Shown: positions 21,812 through 30,300, numbered from the stretch's first letter. The stretch: 64,000 bases of DNA from an uncultured Acidimicrobiales bacterium (GCA_963747215.1 CAVVET010000022.1:76637-140636), one strand, 5' to 3'. Notes: generated from the sequence alone by a model not told the origin. Numbers and translations: made by a program.

Positions 21812-21829
21812 GGGTTCGGACCCTATCGG

Positions 21830-22018
21830 TCAGGCAGCGACCATGGCCTCGGGTGCTGCAGAGCGCACCTCGAGGACCCCTTGGATGTACGGGTGGCAGC
21901 CGCCACACCGGATGCCGGCACCGCAGCGAGCGCCGACCTCGCCGACCGAATCCGCGCCAGATGCCACTGCGGCCTCGACCGTACGGTCGGTGACCCGCTT
22001 GCAGGCGCAGACGAACAC
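21830..22018 (-). CDS. bfd: Bacterioferritin-associated ferredoxin (BFD-like [2Fe-2S] domain)
   Basis: GTG at 22018 gives VFVCACKRVTDRTVEAAVASGADSVGEVGARCGAGIRCGGCHPYI, a C-x-C...C-x2-C pattern. It lies immediately upstream of bfr. Confidence 0.75.
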   Translation of the reverse strand: MFVCACKRVTDRTVEAAVASGADSVGEVGARCGAGIRCGGCHPYIQGVLEVRSAAPEAMVAA

Positions 22019-22025
22019 GAGGGTG

Positions 22026-22054
22026 ATGTTAAGCCACCTTAAGGCTCTTGACAA
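22026..22054 (-). promoter_or_regulatory. Putative sigma-70-type promoter giving a leaderless bfd-bfr transcript, with a CCTTAAGG palindrome in the spacer
   Basis: The minus strand reads TTGTCA-17 nt-TAACAT, then 7 nt, then the GTG start. The 8-bp palindrome CCTTAAGG (22037-22044) sits in the spacer. This is the only AT-rich patch nearby. Confidence 0.35.
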
Positions 22055-22082
22055 GGCCCCCTTCTCGGATCTCGTGAATGCC

Positions 22083-23048
22083 TCAGACGAGCTGGTATCG
22101 GGCCGTGCGCCGGGGCGGGCCATCGGCCTCGACTCGGCCCTCGTCGATCAGCATCAGCAGATGGGCGTAGGTCGAGGCCGCCGCCGCCCTCCAGAGGCCC
22201 TTGTCCACGTCGGCGTACATGACCGGGACGAGGTCGGCGATCGTCGCCGGCCCGCCGCCCAGCCCGACCAGGATCTGGCGGGTGCGCTCGGCTCGGTGGG
22301 CGAGGAACGCCCGCACCAGCCCATGGGGATCAGTGACCGGCGGCCCGTGCGTCGGCCAGTACGTGGCGTCGTCCCGACCGAGCAGGAGGCGCAGGCTGCC
22401 GAGGTACTGCGCGACGTCGCCGTCGGGCGGGCCGATCACGCTCGTGGACCAACCCATCACGTGATCGCCCGTGAAGACCGCTGACTCCTCGCGCAGCGCG
22501 AAGCACAGGTGGTTCGACGTGTGCCCCGGGGTGTGGATCGCCTCGAGCGTCCACCCCTTCCCGTCGATGACGTCTCCGTGTCCGATGTGCCAGTCCGGTG
22601 TGAACGCCGTGTCCGCGGCCTCGCGCAGCACGTCCCCGTCACGGAAAGTGTCCGCGCGATCGGCCTCGTCGTCGCCGAACACGATGCGGTCTGCAGGATC
22701 GTCGTCGGGCAGCGGGCCATGAGGACCGAAGCCCCACGTGGGCGCGTCCGTGCGTTCACCCAGCGCCCGCGTCGCCGGCGAGTGGTCAGAGTGGGTGTGG
22801 GTGACGACCATGTGCGTGATGCGCTCGCCCGGTTCCAGCGCGGCGATGATCGCATCGACATGGGCGTCGAGCGCGGGCCCGGGGTCGATCACCGCGACCT
22901 CGCCCCTGCCGACGATGTAGGTGCCCGTGCCCAGATACGTGAAGCGACTCGGGTTCTCCGCCACCACTCGACGGATGAGCGGCGACACCGACTCGACCCG
23001 TCCGTACACGACCTCGAGGTCGCGCACGTACGGAATCTCGGTGGTCAG
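22083..23048 (-). CDS. MBL-fold metallo-hydrolase
   Basis: Contains VVTHTHSDHSP (HxHxDH), PGHTSNH and TEIPYVRDLEVVYGR...SPLIRRVVAENP. The coding signal begins at LTTEIPYV, where CTG 23048-23046 overlaps the upstream TGA. The upstream part of ORF 22083..23234 is non-coding-like. Confidence 0.8.
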   Translation of the reverse strand: MTTEIPYVRDLEVVYGRVESVSPLIRRVVAENPSRFTYLGTGTYIVGRGEVAVIDPGPALDAHVDAIIAALEPGERITHMVVTHTHSDHSPATRALGERTDAPTWGFGPHGPLPDDDPADRIVFGDDEADRADTFRDGDVLREAADTAFTPDWHIGHGDVIDGKGWTLEAIHTPGHTSNHLCFALREESAVFTGDHVMGWSTSVIGPPDGDVAQYLGSLRLLLGRDDATYWPTHGPPVTDPHGLVRAFLAHRAERTRQILVGLGGGPATIADLVPVMYADVDKGLWRAAAASTYAHLLMLIDEGRVEADGPPRRTARYQLV

Positions 23049-23608
23049 ACCTTCCGACCCAGGAACGCCATGAGCTGCGTCTGCTCGTCGGCGCCGGCGG
23101 GGGGCTCGACCTTGGCGTCGAAGAGGTTGGGCTGACGCAGCATCGCGTCCATCGGCTTGATCTGCTCGAAGCCTTGATGCACGAGGTCGGGGTCGAGCTT
23201 CACGTCGTGGCCGATCGCCTTGCTCAGGTCCCACGTGTGCACGAGCGCATCGAGCGTGATCACGCTCAGGAACTGATCGAGCGGCATCGCCCCGAACGGG
23301 CTGTTGACCGTCTTCGCGAGGTTCTCCGGCGTGAGGTCCGCCGACATCGCCTTGCGCTCGGCCTTGAACGTCGCTTTCGGGTCGTCACCGGCAAGGGCGC
23401 GCAGATCCGGCGACCGGTCCCCGCCCATCTCACCAGTGGTCGCGAGCGACGACACCATCTTCAAGCCGCCGACGAGGTGCCCGACGACATCCTTCGCCTT
23501 CCAGCTCTCGCACGGCGATTGCGCCTCCCACTGATCGTCCTTCACCATGCCGATGACCGCTTCCGCGCCATCGAGCCCCCGGTTGTACTTCTCTTGTCCT
23601 TCGGTCAT
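23045..23608 (-). CDS. DinB/mycothiol-maleylpyruvate-isomerase N-terminal domain family protein (TIGR03086-like)
   Basis: Intact 187 aa ORF: WEAQSPCESWKAKDVVGHLVGG...LDALVHTWDL. Confidence 0.7.
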   Translation of the reverse strand: MTEGQEKYNRGLDGAEAVIGMVKDDQWEAQSPCESWKAKDVVGHLVGGLKMVSSLATTGEMGGDRSPDLRALAGDDPKATFKAERKAMSADLTPENLAKTVNSPFGAMPLDQFLSVITLDALVHTWDLSKAIGHDVKLDPDLVHQGFEQIKPMDAMLRQPNLFDAKVEPPAGADEQTQLMAFLGRKV

Positions 23609-23633
23609 GTGCGCACCCTACGCCCGGCGGGTC

Positions 23634-23852
23634 TCAGAGGCGCAGGGCGATCTCGTGAGCGCGCTCCGGGTCGACCCCCGCCCGCGCCGCGAGCCAGCAC
23701 GCCACCGGCGCGGACTGCCGCTGCGACGCATGTGCGGCGACCCCCGCCAACGCGAGCAGGGTCTCGATCTCGGCGGCGGACGGCGGGTCGGTGCCGAGTG
23801 CGTCGGCGAAGCGCGTGCACCAGTCAGTGACCTCCGTGGGGACATCGCTCAT
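23634..23852 (-). CDS. Small conserved hypothetical protein (DUF6457-like)
   Basis: 72 aa from ATG 23852: MSDVPTEVTDWCTRFADALGTDPPSAAEIETLLALAGVAAHASQRQSAPVACWLAARAG. The family assignment is from memory only. Confidence 0.45.
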   Translation of the reverse strand: MSDVPTEVTDWCTRFADALGTDPPSAAEIETLLALAGVAAHASQRQSAPVACWLAARAGVDPERAHEIALRL

Positions 23853-23870
23853 GTCCTTAGGATCGCGGGA

Positions 23871-24485
23871 ATGGCCGCGATCGACCACTTGATGTGGGCC
23901 GTCCCGGATCTCGCTGCGGGCGTGGACCGGCTCGAGTCGCTCACCGGCGCGCGGGCGGCCTCGGGCGGCGCCCACCCCGGCATGGGCACCGCGAACGCGC
24001 TGCTCGGTCTCGGACCCGGCGTGTACCTCGAGGTGATCGGACCCGATCCCGCGCTCGACGAACCGGCCGGGTTCGGTGCGATCCTCGCCACCCTCGAGGG
24101 CCCCGAGCTTCGCAGCTGGGCGATTCGCACCGACGACATCGATCGGGCGTGCGCGGTGCTCACGGCGGCCGGGTGGCCGACAGAGCCGAGAGCGATGACG
24201 AGGACCACGCCCGACGGAACCACACTCAGCTGGCACGTCGCGATGGTGCCGGGGCGACCGATCGGTGACCGCTGGCCGTTCCTCATCGACTGGGGTGCCT
24301 CACCGCATCCGTCGGACAGTGCGCCGCCGGGCGGCACGCTCGACGCGCTGACCATCGTCGATCCGGAGGCAGCCGAGCTCAGACGCCTGCTGCACGCGGT
24401 GTCCTGTGACGAGGTGGAGCTCAGCGAGGGAGACGGTGCGCTCACCGCGAGGTTGCGCACCAGTGCCGGACCCGTCGACCTCTAG
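23871..24485 (+). CDS. VOC/glyoxalase-like domain protein
   Basis: From ATG 23871: MAAIDHLMWAVPDLAAGVDRLESLTGARAASGGAHPGMGTANALLGLGPGVYLEVIGPDP. Confidence 0.7.
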   Translation: MAAIDHLMWAVPDLAAGVDRLESLTGARAASGGAHPGMGTANALLGLGPGVYLEVIGPDPALDEPAGFGAILATLEGPELRSWAIRTDDIDRACAVLTAAGWPTEPRAMTRTTPDGTTLSWHVAMVPGRPIGDRWPFLIDWGASPHPSDSAPPGGTLDALTIVDPEAAELRRLLHAVSCDEVELSEGDGALTARLRTSAGPVDL

Positions 24486-24503
24486 TTCTGCAAAAGTGGC
24501 GCC

Positions 24504-24704
24504 GTGCGGCAGATCCGTCATCCCATGAGCGGCGCGCTCTATGACCTCAACGAGAACGGCACGGTCACCGTGACCAAGGACGGGCAGGAGGGCCACTTCG
24601 ACGCCCGCGGCCGCTGGCTGTCGGGAGCGCTCCGCACGGCCGACCCTCAGCTGTGCGGTTGGATGGCGGGCTCGGCGACCCCGTCACGAGGAGCACCCGC
24701 ATGA
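24504..24704 (+). CDS. Small hypothetical protein coupled to the Rieske oxygenase
   Basis: 66 aa ORF (HPMSGALYDLNENGTVTVTKDGQEGHFDARGRWLSG). Its TGA overlaps the oxygenase ATG as ATGA at 24701-24704. Confidence 0.4.
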   Translation: MRQIRHPMSGALYDLNENGTVTVTKDGQEGHFDARGRWLSGALRTADPQLCGWMAGSATPSRGAPA

Positions 24705-26056
24705 CGATCGTGACCGAACCCGGCCAGGCCCGCTCGCATGGCGTGTCGTATCAAGAGCTGCTCGACACCGACACCCATCCGGTGCCGCCGGTGCTGCGAC
24801 TCGAGTCCCCCGCCTACCTCGGCGACGACGACAAGCCCATCGAGCGTTACACCAGCCGCGCGTTCCACGACCTGGAGGTCGAGCGGCTATGGAAGCGCGT
24901 CTGGCAGATGGCCTGCCGTGAAGAGGACCTGCCCGAGGTCGGCGACACCGTCGTGTACACGATCGCCAGCCTTTCGGTGCTGGTGGTGCGATCCGCACCC
25001 GACACGATCAAGGCGTTCGTCAACTCGTGCCTACATCGCGGCCGTCTGATCCGCGACGACGGCGGCCCCGCGCTCGAGCTTCGCTGCCCGTTTCACGGCT
25101 ACTGCTGGAACCTCGATGGCTCGTTGAAGCAGATCCCGGCGGAGTGGGACTTCCCGCACGTCGATCGCGACGAGTTCCACCTTCCCGAGCTGCGCGTCGG
25201 CACGTGGGGCGGGTTCGTGTTCGTGAACTTCGACCCCAGCTGCCGGTCGTTCGAGGAGCACGTCGGCGACCTCGACGCGCACTTCGAACGCTGGCCGCTC
25301 GAACGGCGGTTCAAGCAGGCGCACGTCGCGAAGATCCTGCGCTGCAACTGGAAGGTCGCCCAAGAGGCGTTCATGGAGGCGTTCCACGTCGTCGCGACGC
25401 ACCCGCAGCTGCTCGCGGGCATCGGCGACGCGAACTCTCAGTACGACGTGTTCGGCACGTTCAGCCGGGCGATCACGCCGAACGGCACGCCGAGCCCTCA
25501 CCTCTCGTGGGCGCCGACCGAGCAAGAGAAGTTCGACGCCATGACGGACCGTCGCCTCGATGAGCCTCCCGCGTTCGCGCTCGCGGACGGGATGACGGCG
25601 CGCCAAGCGGCGGCGGCGGGTGCCCGGATGTCGTTGGCGCCGGTCATCGGCGTCGAGGCGGCGGAGGAGCTGTCCGACGCGGAGCTCGTCGACAGCTTCT
25701 ATTACACGCTGTTCCCGAACTTCCACCCGTGGGGTGCGTACAACCGCATCGTCTACCGGTTCCGGCCGAACGGCGACAACCACGAGGAATCGATCATGGA
25801 GTGCATGTTCCTCTCGCCCTACTCAGGCGAGCGGCCGCCCGCGGCTGCGATCCACTGGCTGGGCGCAGACGACAGCTGGACTGACGCGCCCGAGCTCGGC
25901 TTCCTCGCGCGCGTCTTCAATCAGGACGCGTTCAACCTGCCGAGTGTGCAGCGCGGGCTGAAGGCCGCAGTGAAGCCCGGGGTCACGCTGTCGCTGTATC
26001 AGGAGACGAAGATCCGTCACTTCCACCGGATGCTGGAGGAACAGCTGGGCCTGTAG
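24701..26056 (+). CDS. Rieske [2Fe-2S] aromatic ring-hydroxylating oxygenase, alpha subunit-like
   Basis: Rieske motif CLHRGRLIRDDGG...LRCPFHGYCW. The catalytic domain has EAFHVVATHP. Intact from ATG 24701. Confidence 0.85.
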   Translation: MTIVTEPGQARSHGVSYQELLDTDTHPVPPVLRLESPAYLGDDDKPIERYTSRAFHDLEVERLWKRVWQMACREEDLPEVGDTVVYTIASLSVLVVRSAPDTIKAFVNSCLHRGRLIRDDGGPALELRCPFHGYCWNLDGSLKQIPAEWDFPHVDRDEFHLPELRVGTWGGFVFVNFDPSCRSFEEHVGDLDAHFERWPLERRFKQAHVAKILRCNWKVAQEAFMEAFHVVATHPQLLAGIGDANSQYDVFGTFSRAITPNGTPSPHLSWAPTEQEKFDAMTDRRLDEPPAFALADGMTARQAAAAGARMSLAPVIGVEAAEELSDAELVDSFYYTLFPNFHPWGAYNRIVYRFRPNGDNHEESIMECMFLSPYSGERPPAAAIHWLGADDSWTDAPELGFLARVFNQDAFNLPSVQRGLKAAVKPGVTLSLYQETKIRHFHRMLEEQLGL

Positions 26057-26255
26057 GACCGGCGGCGCGCTTCCCGCGTGTCGGGCCGAACAGCCCTACC
26101 AACACTCCGACGACCGCGAACGCGCCGACGATGCCGAGCAGGGGCCAGGGGGTCGTGTAGGCCGCCTTCGCGTAGATCACGAGCATGATCACGACACCGA
26201 GGCCGACGAGCAGTCCCGCGAAGAAGCCACGAATCGGGTGCCGGTCGCGTGTCAT
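25983..26255 (-). CDS. Small membrane protein (2 TM helices), hypothetical
   Basis: MTRDRHPIRGFFAGLLVGLGVVIMLVIYAKAAYTTPWPLLGIVGAFAVVGVLVGLFG. ATGA overlap with the upstream gene. The 3' tail overlaps the convergent oxygenase end, so the stop is uncertain. Confidence 0.45.
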   Translation of the reverse strand: MTRDRHPIRGFFAGLLVGLGVVIMLVIYAKAAYTTPWPLLGIVGAFAVVGVLVGLFGPTRGKRAAGPTGPAVPPASGGSDGSSSPDTATA

Positions 26256-26938
26256 GTGACGTTGCTTTCGGGCGGCGGGGGCGGCGGCGCGGGAGGAGTA
26301 GGAGGAGCGGACGAAGCAGCAGCAGGAGGAGGCGGCGGAGGAGGCGCGGGCGCACTCGGCAGGTCGTCGGGCGGGAGTGACATCGCCGGGAGTGCGCTGG
26401 CGGCGGCCGCCTTCGGGAACGCGAAGAACCCGAGCACCAGACCGACGAGGATCAGGCCGAGCGCGGCGATCCAGGGCACCGTGCCGAGAGGCGATCCGAT
26501 GAGCTTCACGTAGCCGTTGCCGGCGCACGACGCACCGTCGCCGGAGATCTCACCTGACACGTAGAACAGCCCGGTGACCTCGAACGGAAGGTAGTCAGCG
26601 ACCTCAGCCACGCCCTCGGTCGTCGAGTTGCCGCCGGCGTTGTCGTCGCCTCCAGACTTGACCGGCACACCACCGACCTTGACGCTCCAGCTGTTGTCGA
26701 GCATCACGGGACCGGAGCCCTCGTACGCCACGGTGCCGTCGTAGTCGACGAGCACGGGGTTGCTCTTCGTGCCGGGCTCGTCGCTCGGAGCGGTGAACGC
26801 CATGACCTCGTCGCCGTCTTCGGAGAGCGAGACCGCGGATCCCTCGCATCCTCCGGTGAGGTTCACCGCACCCGCCGGTGTCGCGAAGGCGACCGCCACC
26901 ACGAGCAACAGCGCGATCAGCAGCGCCAGACGTCGCAT
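26252..26938 (-). CDS. Secreted, membrane-anchored protein with a proline-rich cytoplasmic tail, hypothetical
   Basis: Signal peptide MRRLALLIALLLVVAVAFATPAGA, a ~150 aa beta-rich domain with 2 Cys, a TM helix (WIAALGLILVGLVLGFFAF), then APAPPPPPPPAAASSAPPTPPAPPPPPP. It is the third gene of the Sco-CtaG operon. Confidence 0.55.
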   Translation of the reverse strand: MRRLALLIALLLVVAVAFATPAGAVNLTGGCEGSAVSLSEDGDEVMAFTAPSDEPGTKSNPVLVDYDGTVAYEGSGPVMLDNSWSVKVGGVPVKSGGDDNAGGNSTTEGVAEVADYLPFEVTGLFYVSGEISGDGASCAGNGYVKLIGSPLGTVPWIAALGLILVGLVLGFFAFPKAAAASALPAMSLPPDDLPSAPAPPPPPPPAAASSAPPTPPAPPPPPPESNVT

Positions 26939-26962
26939 CGCCCCTCCCTCCCGGCGCCGACC

Positions 26963-27820
26963 CTACCCCCCGGGTGCGGTGGTCTGCGGTGACGAGCTCA
27001 CCTCGCGGCGCGACGGCGGGTCGTCTCGTTCGACGGTCGCCCATCGGAAGAACAGCACGGCCATCACGGTCCAGACGATCGGGATGTTGCCGATCTTCAT
27101 GATCGCTCCGGCGAGCTGCTGATCGGAAAGCGCACCAAAGTCTTGGATGCGGGGCGCGAGCTCGTAGGTGCGGTAGAGCGGGAAGCTCGAGAACGTCAGG
27201 AAGCCGCCGGGGATCATCGCGAACACACCGGCGGCGAGAAACAGGTACACCATTCGCACCGGGAACGACTTGTGGATGAGCTCGGGCAACGGGCTTATCA
27301 ATGGCTGCCACAAGATCACGCCCGACGCGAGCCAGAGCACGTCGAGCGCGAAGCCTCCGAGCTGGGTCGTGCGCACGTTGTCGACGACGATCGGCGTGTG
27401 GGTCACGAGCAGCACGACGTTGAACGCGATCGCGGCCACGACTGGCCGCGCCATGAACCGCAGGGCGCGGTAGAGGCGGAGCCGCTCGGCAACCCGACGC
27501 GCCATCCACTCGGGTGTGCCCAACACCAGCAGCGGCGCGGCCACGAGCGTGTACAGCATGTACTGCACCATGTGGGCCGACGCGAGGTAGCTGGCGCCGA
27601 GCGTCGCGAGCGGCCAGTCGCTCGCGAGCCACAACACCGCCCATCCGAGCGCGAACCACAGCGCCTTGCGGCGATCGATCGGCGTCCGCGTACGCCGGTG
27701 ACGTCGCCACACCGCGCGGAAGTACGCGAACGCGAGGAGGCCCGCCACCAACCACACGCCGGGGTAGGCGCGGAACTGCCAGGACCACGGCTCCTTGAGG
27801 GCCTGGCACCAGAAGCTCAC
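26963..27820 (-). CDS. ctaG: Cytochrome c oxidase assembly protein (Caa3_CtaG family membrane protein)
   Basis: Polytopic membrane protein. GTG 27820 forms a GTGA overlap with the Sco stop. Sequence: WSWQFRAYPGVWL...SAHMVQYMLYTLVAAPLLVLG... Confidence 0.8.
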   Translation of the reverse strand: MSFWCQALKEPWSWQFRAYPGVWLVAGLLAFAYFRAVWRRHRRTRTPIDRRKALWFALGWAVLWLASDWPLATLGASYLASAHMVQYMLYTLVAAPLLVLGTPEWMARRVAERLRLYRALRFMARPVVAAIAFNVVLLVTHTPIVVDNVRTTQLGGFALDVLWLASGVILWQPLISPLPELIHKSFPVRMVYLFLAAGVFAMIPGGFLTFSSFPLYRTYELAPRIQDFGALSDQQLAGAIMKIGNIPIVWTVMAVLFFRWATVERDDPPSRREVSSSPQTTAPGG

Positions 27821-28510
27821 GACTGCCACTCGCTCGTGACGAGGCGCGGGAGGTCGCCCGCCCAATCGGACTGACGGACACCGAACGGATACACGAGGTG
27901 GGCTCGGTCATCCAGCGAGTAGGCGAGCACCTGGCTGGAGTGGGCCACGATGTAGCTCTCGTCGGCCGGTTGGATCTCGAGCTGCGCCTCAGGCACCTGC
28001 GCGGCCCGCTCGGCCGCGAGGATCTCCTCCGGGGTGCCGGTGAGCCCGATGAATCGGGAATCGAACCGATCGAGCCACTCGCGAAGCACCGCGGGGGTGT
28101 CGCGCGCCGGGTCGGTCGTCACGAACACGACCTTCACCTTCTCCTCGACCTCCCCGGAGACCTCGCGCAACACGGTCGCGATGTTGCCCATGTGCAGCGG
28201 GCACACGTCAGGGCAGCTCGTGTAGCCGAAGAAGAGGAGCGTCACGAAGCCGTCGGTCGAGGCGCGAAAGTCGTACGGGCGACCTTCGGTGTCGGTCAGG
28301 GTGAAGTCGGGCTTCGCGTACGGCTCGCTGAGCAGCTCGTCCGCCCCAGCCGTCATCGGCGGCCTCGTCGGACTGCGCACGAACCGCGAAGAACGCCGCG
28401 ACCCCGAGCAGCACGATCGCGACGACGACCGCGATGGCCACCGCTCGTACCGGCGTGGGGTGCTCTCCGGCCGGCGGCGGAGCGGGAGGTTCGGAGGTCG
28501 CGAGGCTCAT
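27817..28510 (-). CDS. SCO1/SenC family copper chaperone (thioredoxin fold), one frame break
   Basis: ORF 27817..28380 has FFGYTSCPDVCPLHM (CxxxC). The N-terminal TM anchor, from MSLATSEPP...VAIAVVVAIVLLGVAAFFAV (ATG 28510), is in the frame of ORF 28208..28660. The break is near 28340. Confidence 0.8.
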
Positions 28511-28571
28511 GCCGGGAGACAGTCTCGCACCGGCCCGACCCGCACTCCCATTCGCCGGATAGCGTCCGCGA

Positions 28572-28973
28572 ATGGCCGATTCCGCCGCTGAGGTCGAAGC
28601 AGTCGCAGCCCGCTTCTTTGCCGCGATCGAGGCAGGCGACGTGGAGGCCATCCGTCGCATCTACGCCCCTGACGCCGTTGTCTGGCACAACAACGACGAG
28701 GTCGAGCAGGCCGTCGAACAGAACCTCGTCGTGCTGCGCTGGGTGATCGACCACGTCAAGGGATGGCACTACGAGGATGTGCGTCGTTCGACGTTCGAGG
28801 GCGGCTTCGTGCAGCAGCACGTCGGCAAGGGCGTCGCACCGAGCGGTCAGCCGTTCTCGATGCCGGCGTGCATCGTCGGACGCGTGCACGATGGACGCGT
28901 CACGCGTATCGACGAGTACCTCGACTCCGCGGCGGTCGCGGCGCTGACGGTCAGGCCAGCTCGCCCTGACTGA
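28572..28973 (+). CDS. SnoaL-like / NTF2-fold protein
   Basis: Intact 133 aa ORF: VEAVAARFFAAIEAGDVEAIRRIYAPDAVVWHN. Confidence 0.7.
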   Translation: MADSAAEVEAVAARFFAAIEAGDVEAIRRIYAPDAVVWHNNDEVEQAVEQNLVVLRWVIDHVKGWHYEDVRRSTFEGGFVQQHVGKGVAPSGQPFSMPACIVGRVHDGRVTRIDEYLDSAAVAALTVRPARPD

Positions 28974-29691
28974 CCGGCACCTCTTGCGTCACCGCCACGC
29001 CGCCCGCGACCTCGTCGGTGATCAGGACGCTTTGGACGTTCGGATCGGTGCTGAATGCCGAGACGGTGGGCTCGTTGCCGAGTACGCCGAGTGAGATGAC
29101 CTCATCGCCGATGATGCCCCACATCTGGTAGGTGCGATCGGACGCGAGGGTGGGCATCGTGCGCGGCACGAGGTAGCCCTGCCCGTCGGGCTGCACCACC
29201 ACGTCGGCCATGGCCACCCCGTCATCAGTGCGCAGCGCGGTGAGACGCGCGTTGGGATCGGTCATCGCTTCAGCGGCACCCACGACGAGAGAGTCGGCCG
29301 CGACCGCTTCGTTCAGGTCGTCGATCTCCTGGCCCTGGCGCACGACCGTCAGGCCGAGGACCACGATCGCCGCCGCGGCGACCGACCCCAGGACAGCCGG
29401 CCACCGCGAGCGGCGCTTTGTCTCAATCGGCACCACGGGCGCGAGCCGCAGCTCCGGCGGCACCTCGGCGGAGATCGTGTCGGCGATGCGATCCCACACA
29501 CCGTCGGGAGCTCGCCCGCCGGCGAGCGACATCATCGCGGCCACCTCACGGTGCTCGGCCACCTCGGCCCGGGCCCGCGGGTTCTCCTCGAGGTAGTCCT
29601 CGATCTGCTCGCGCTCGTCCGCATCCACCGCGTCGAGCGCGTAGGCGCCCAGTAGCTCGTCCATCTCGGTGGAGGTCAGGCGTCGGTCCAT
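28951..29691 (-). CDS. Anti-sigma factor, RskA-like (N-terminal anti-sigma domain, TM, extracytoplasmic RskA domain)
   Basis: Intact 246 aa ORF: ELLGAYALDAVDADEREQIEDYLEENPRARAEV, the TM helix WPAVLGSVAAAAIVVLGLTVV, and C-terminal DRTYQMWGI. Confidence 0.8.
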   Translation of the reverse strand: MDRRLTSTEMDELLGAYALDAVDADEREQIEDYLEENPRARAEVAEHREVAAMMSLAGGRAPDGVWDRIADTISAEVPPELRLAPVVPIETKRRSRWPAVLGSVAAAAIVVLGLTVVRQGQEIDDLNEAVAADSLVVGAAEAMTDPNARLTALRTDDGVAMADVVVQPDGQGYLVPRTMPTLASDRTYQMWGIIGDEVISLGVLGNEPTVSAFSTDPNVQSVLITDEVAGGVAVTQEVPVSQGELA

Positions 29692-30266
29692 GACGGCCCT
29701 CCTGTGCCGATGTCGACGAGGTGTGTCCGCATCCGTTTCAACCCGGAACGGATACGGCTCTTCACTGTTCCTTCTGGTTCCCGCAACATGCTCGCGACTT
29801 CACGGTAGGTGTGGCCACCGAAGTACGCGAGCTCGATCGCCCGGCGCTCGCCTTCGGGCAGCGACGAGACCGCCTCTCTCACCCGTTCGGCCGTGGCGAG
29901 ATCCCAGACCTCGTGCTCGAGGTCGTAGCCGCCTTCTGCAGTCGCCCGAGCCTCCCGCTCCTCGCGGCGGCGACGCGCGCCTTCCGAGCGCAGCACGTCG
30001 ACCGACCGGCCGTGCGTCTGGGCGAGCAGATAGGACCGCAGTGACCCTCGCCCCGGCTCGAAGCGATCGGGATGGTTCCAAATCCGCAGGAAGACCTCTT
30101 GGGTGACCTCCTCCGCGAGCGACTCGCTCGCGAGGAGACGCCGGGCCAGGCCGTAGACCGCCCCCGCGTGCCGCCGGTAGGCCTCGGCGAGGGCGTCTTG
30201 TCGGTAGCGCGCGATGGCGACGACGAGGGTCGCGTCACTCGCGTCGCGTAGCGACTCGGCCGTCAC
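29676..30266 (-). CDS. ECF-type RNA polymerase sigma-70 factor (SigK-like)
   Basis: Intact 196 aa ORF with sigma-2 (EVTQEVFLRIWNHPDRF) and sigma-4 (ELAYFGGHTYREVASML...GTVKSRIRSGL) regions. It overlaps the downstream anti-sigma gene. Confidence 0.85.
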   Translation of the reverse strand: MTAESLRDASDATLVVAIARYRQDALAEAYRRHAGAVYGLARRLLASESLAEEVTQEVFLRIWNHPDRFEPGRGSLRSYLLAQTHGRSVDVLRSEGARRRREEREARATAEGGYDLEHEVWDLATAERVREAVSSLPEGERRAIELAYFGGHTYREVASMLREPEGTVKSRIRSGLKRMRTHLVDIGTGGPSWTDA

Positions 30267-30300
30267 GGTCTAGATACGTCGCCGAGGCGCGGCTTGGATC

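Noticed and set aside
22026-22054. IdeR/DtxR iron box upstream of bfd.
   Set aside because: By eye only about 9 of 14 core positions match the TTAGGTTAGGCTAACCTAA-type consensus. It is kept only as a low-confidence note on the promoter finding.
26252-26420. Proline-codon-rich repetitive DNA. A similar Thr/Ala-rich stretch is at 56830..57060.
   Set aside because: Both are in-frame low-complexity linker or tail regions of envelope proteins, not independent tandem-repeat elements.
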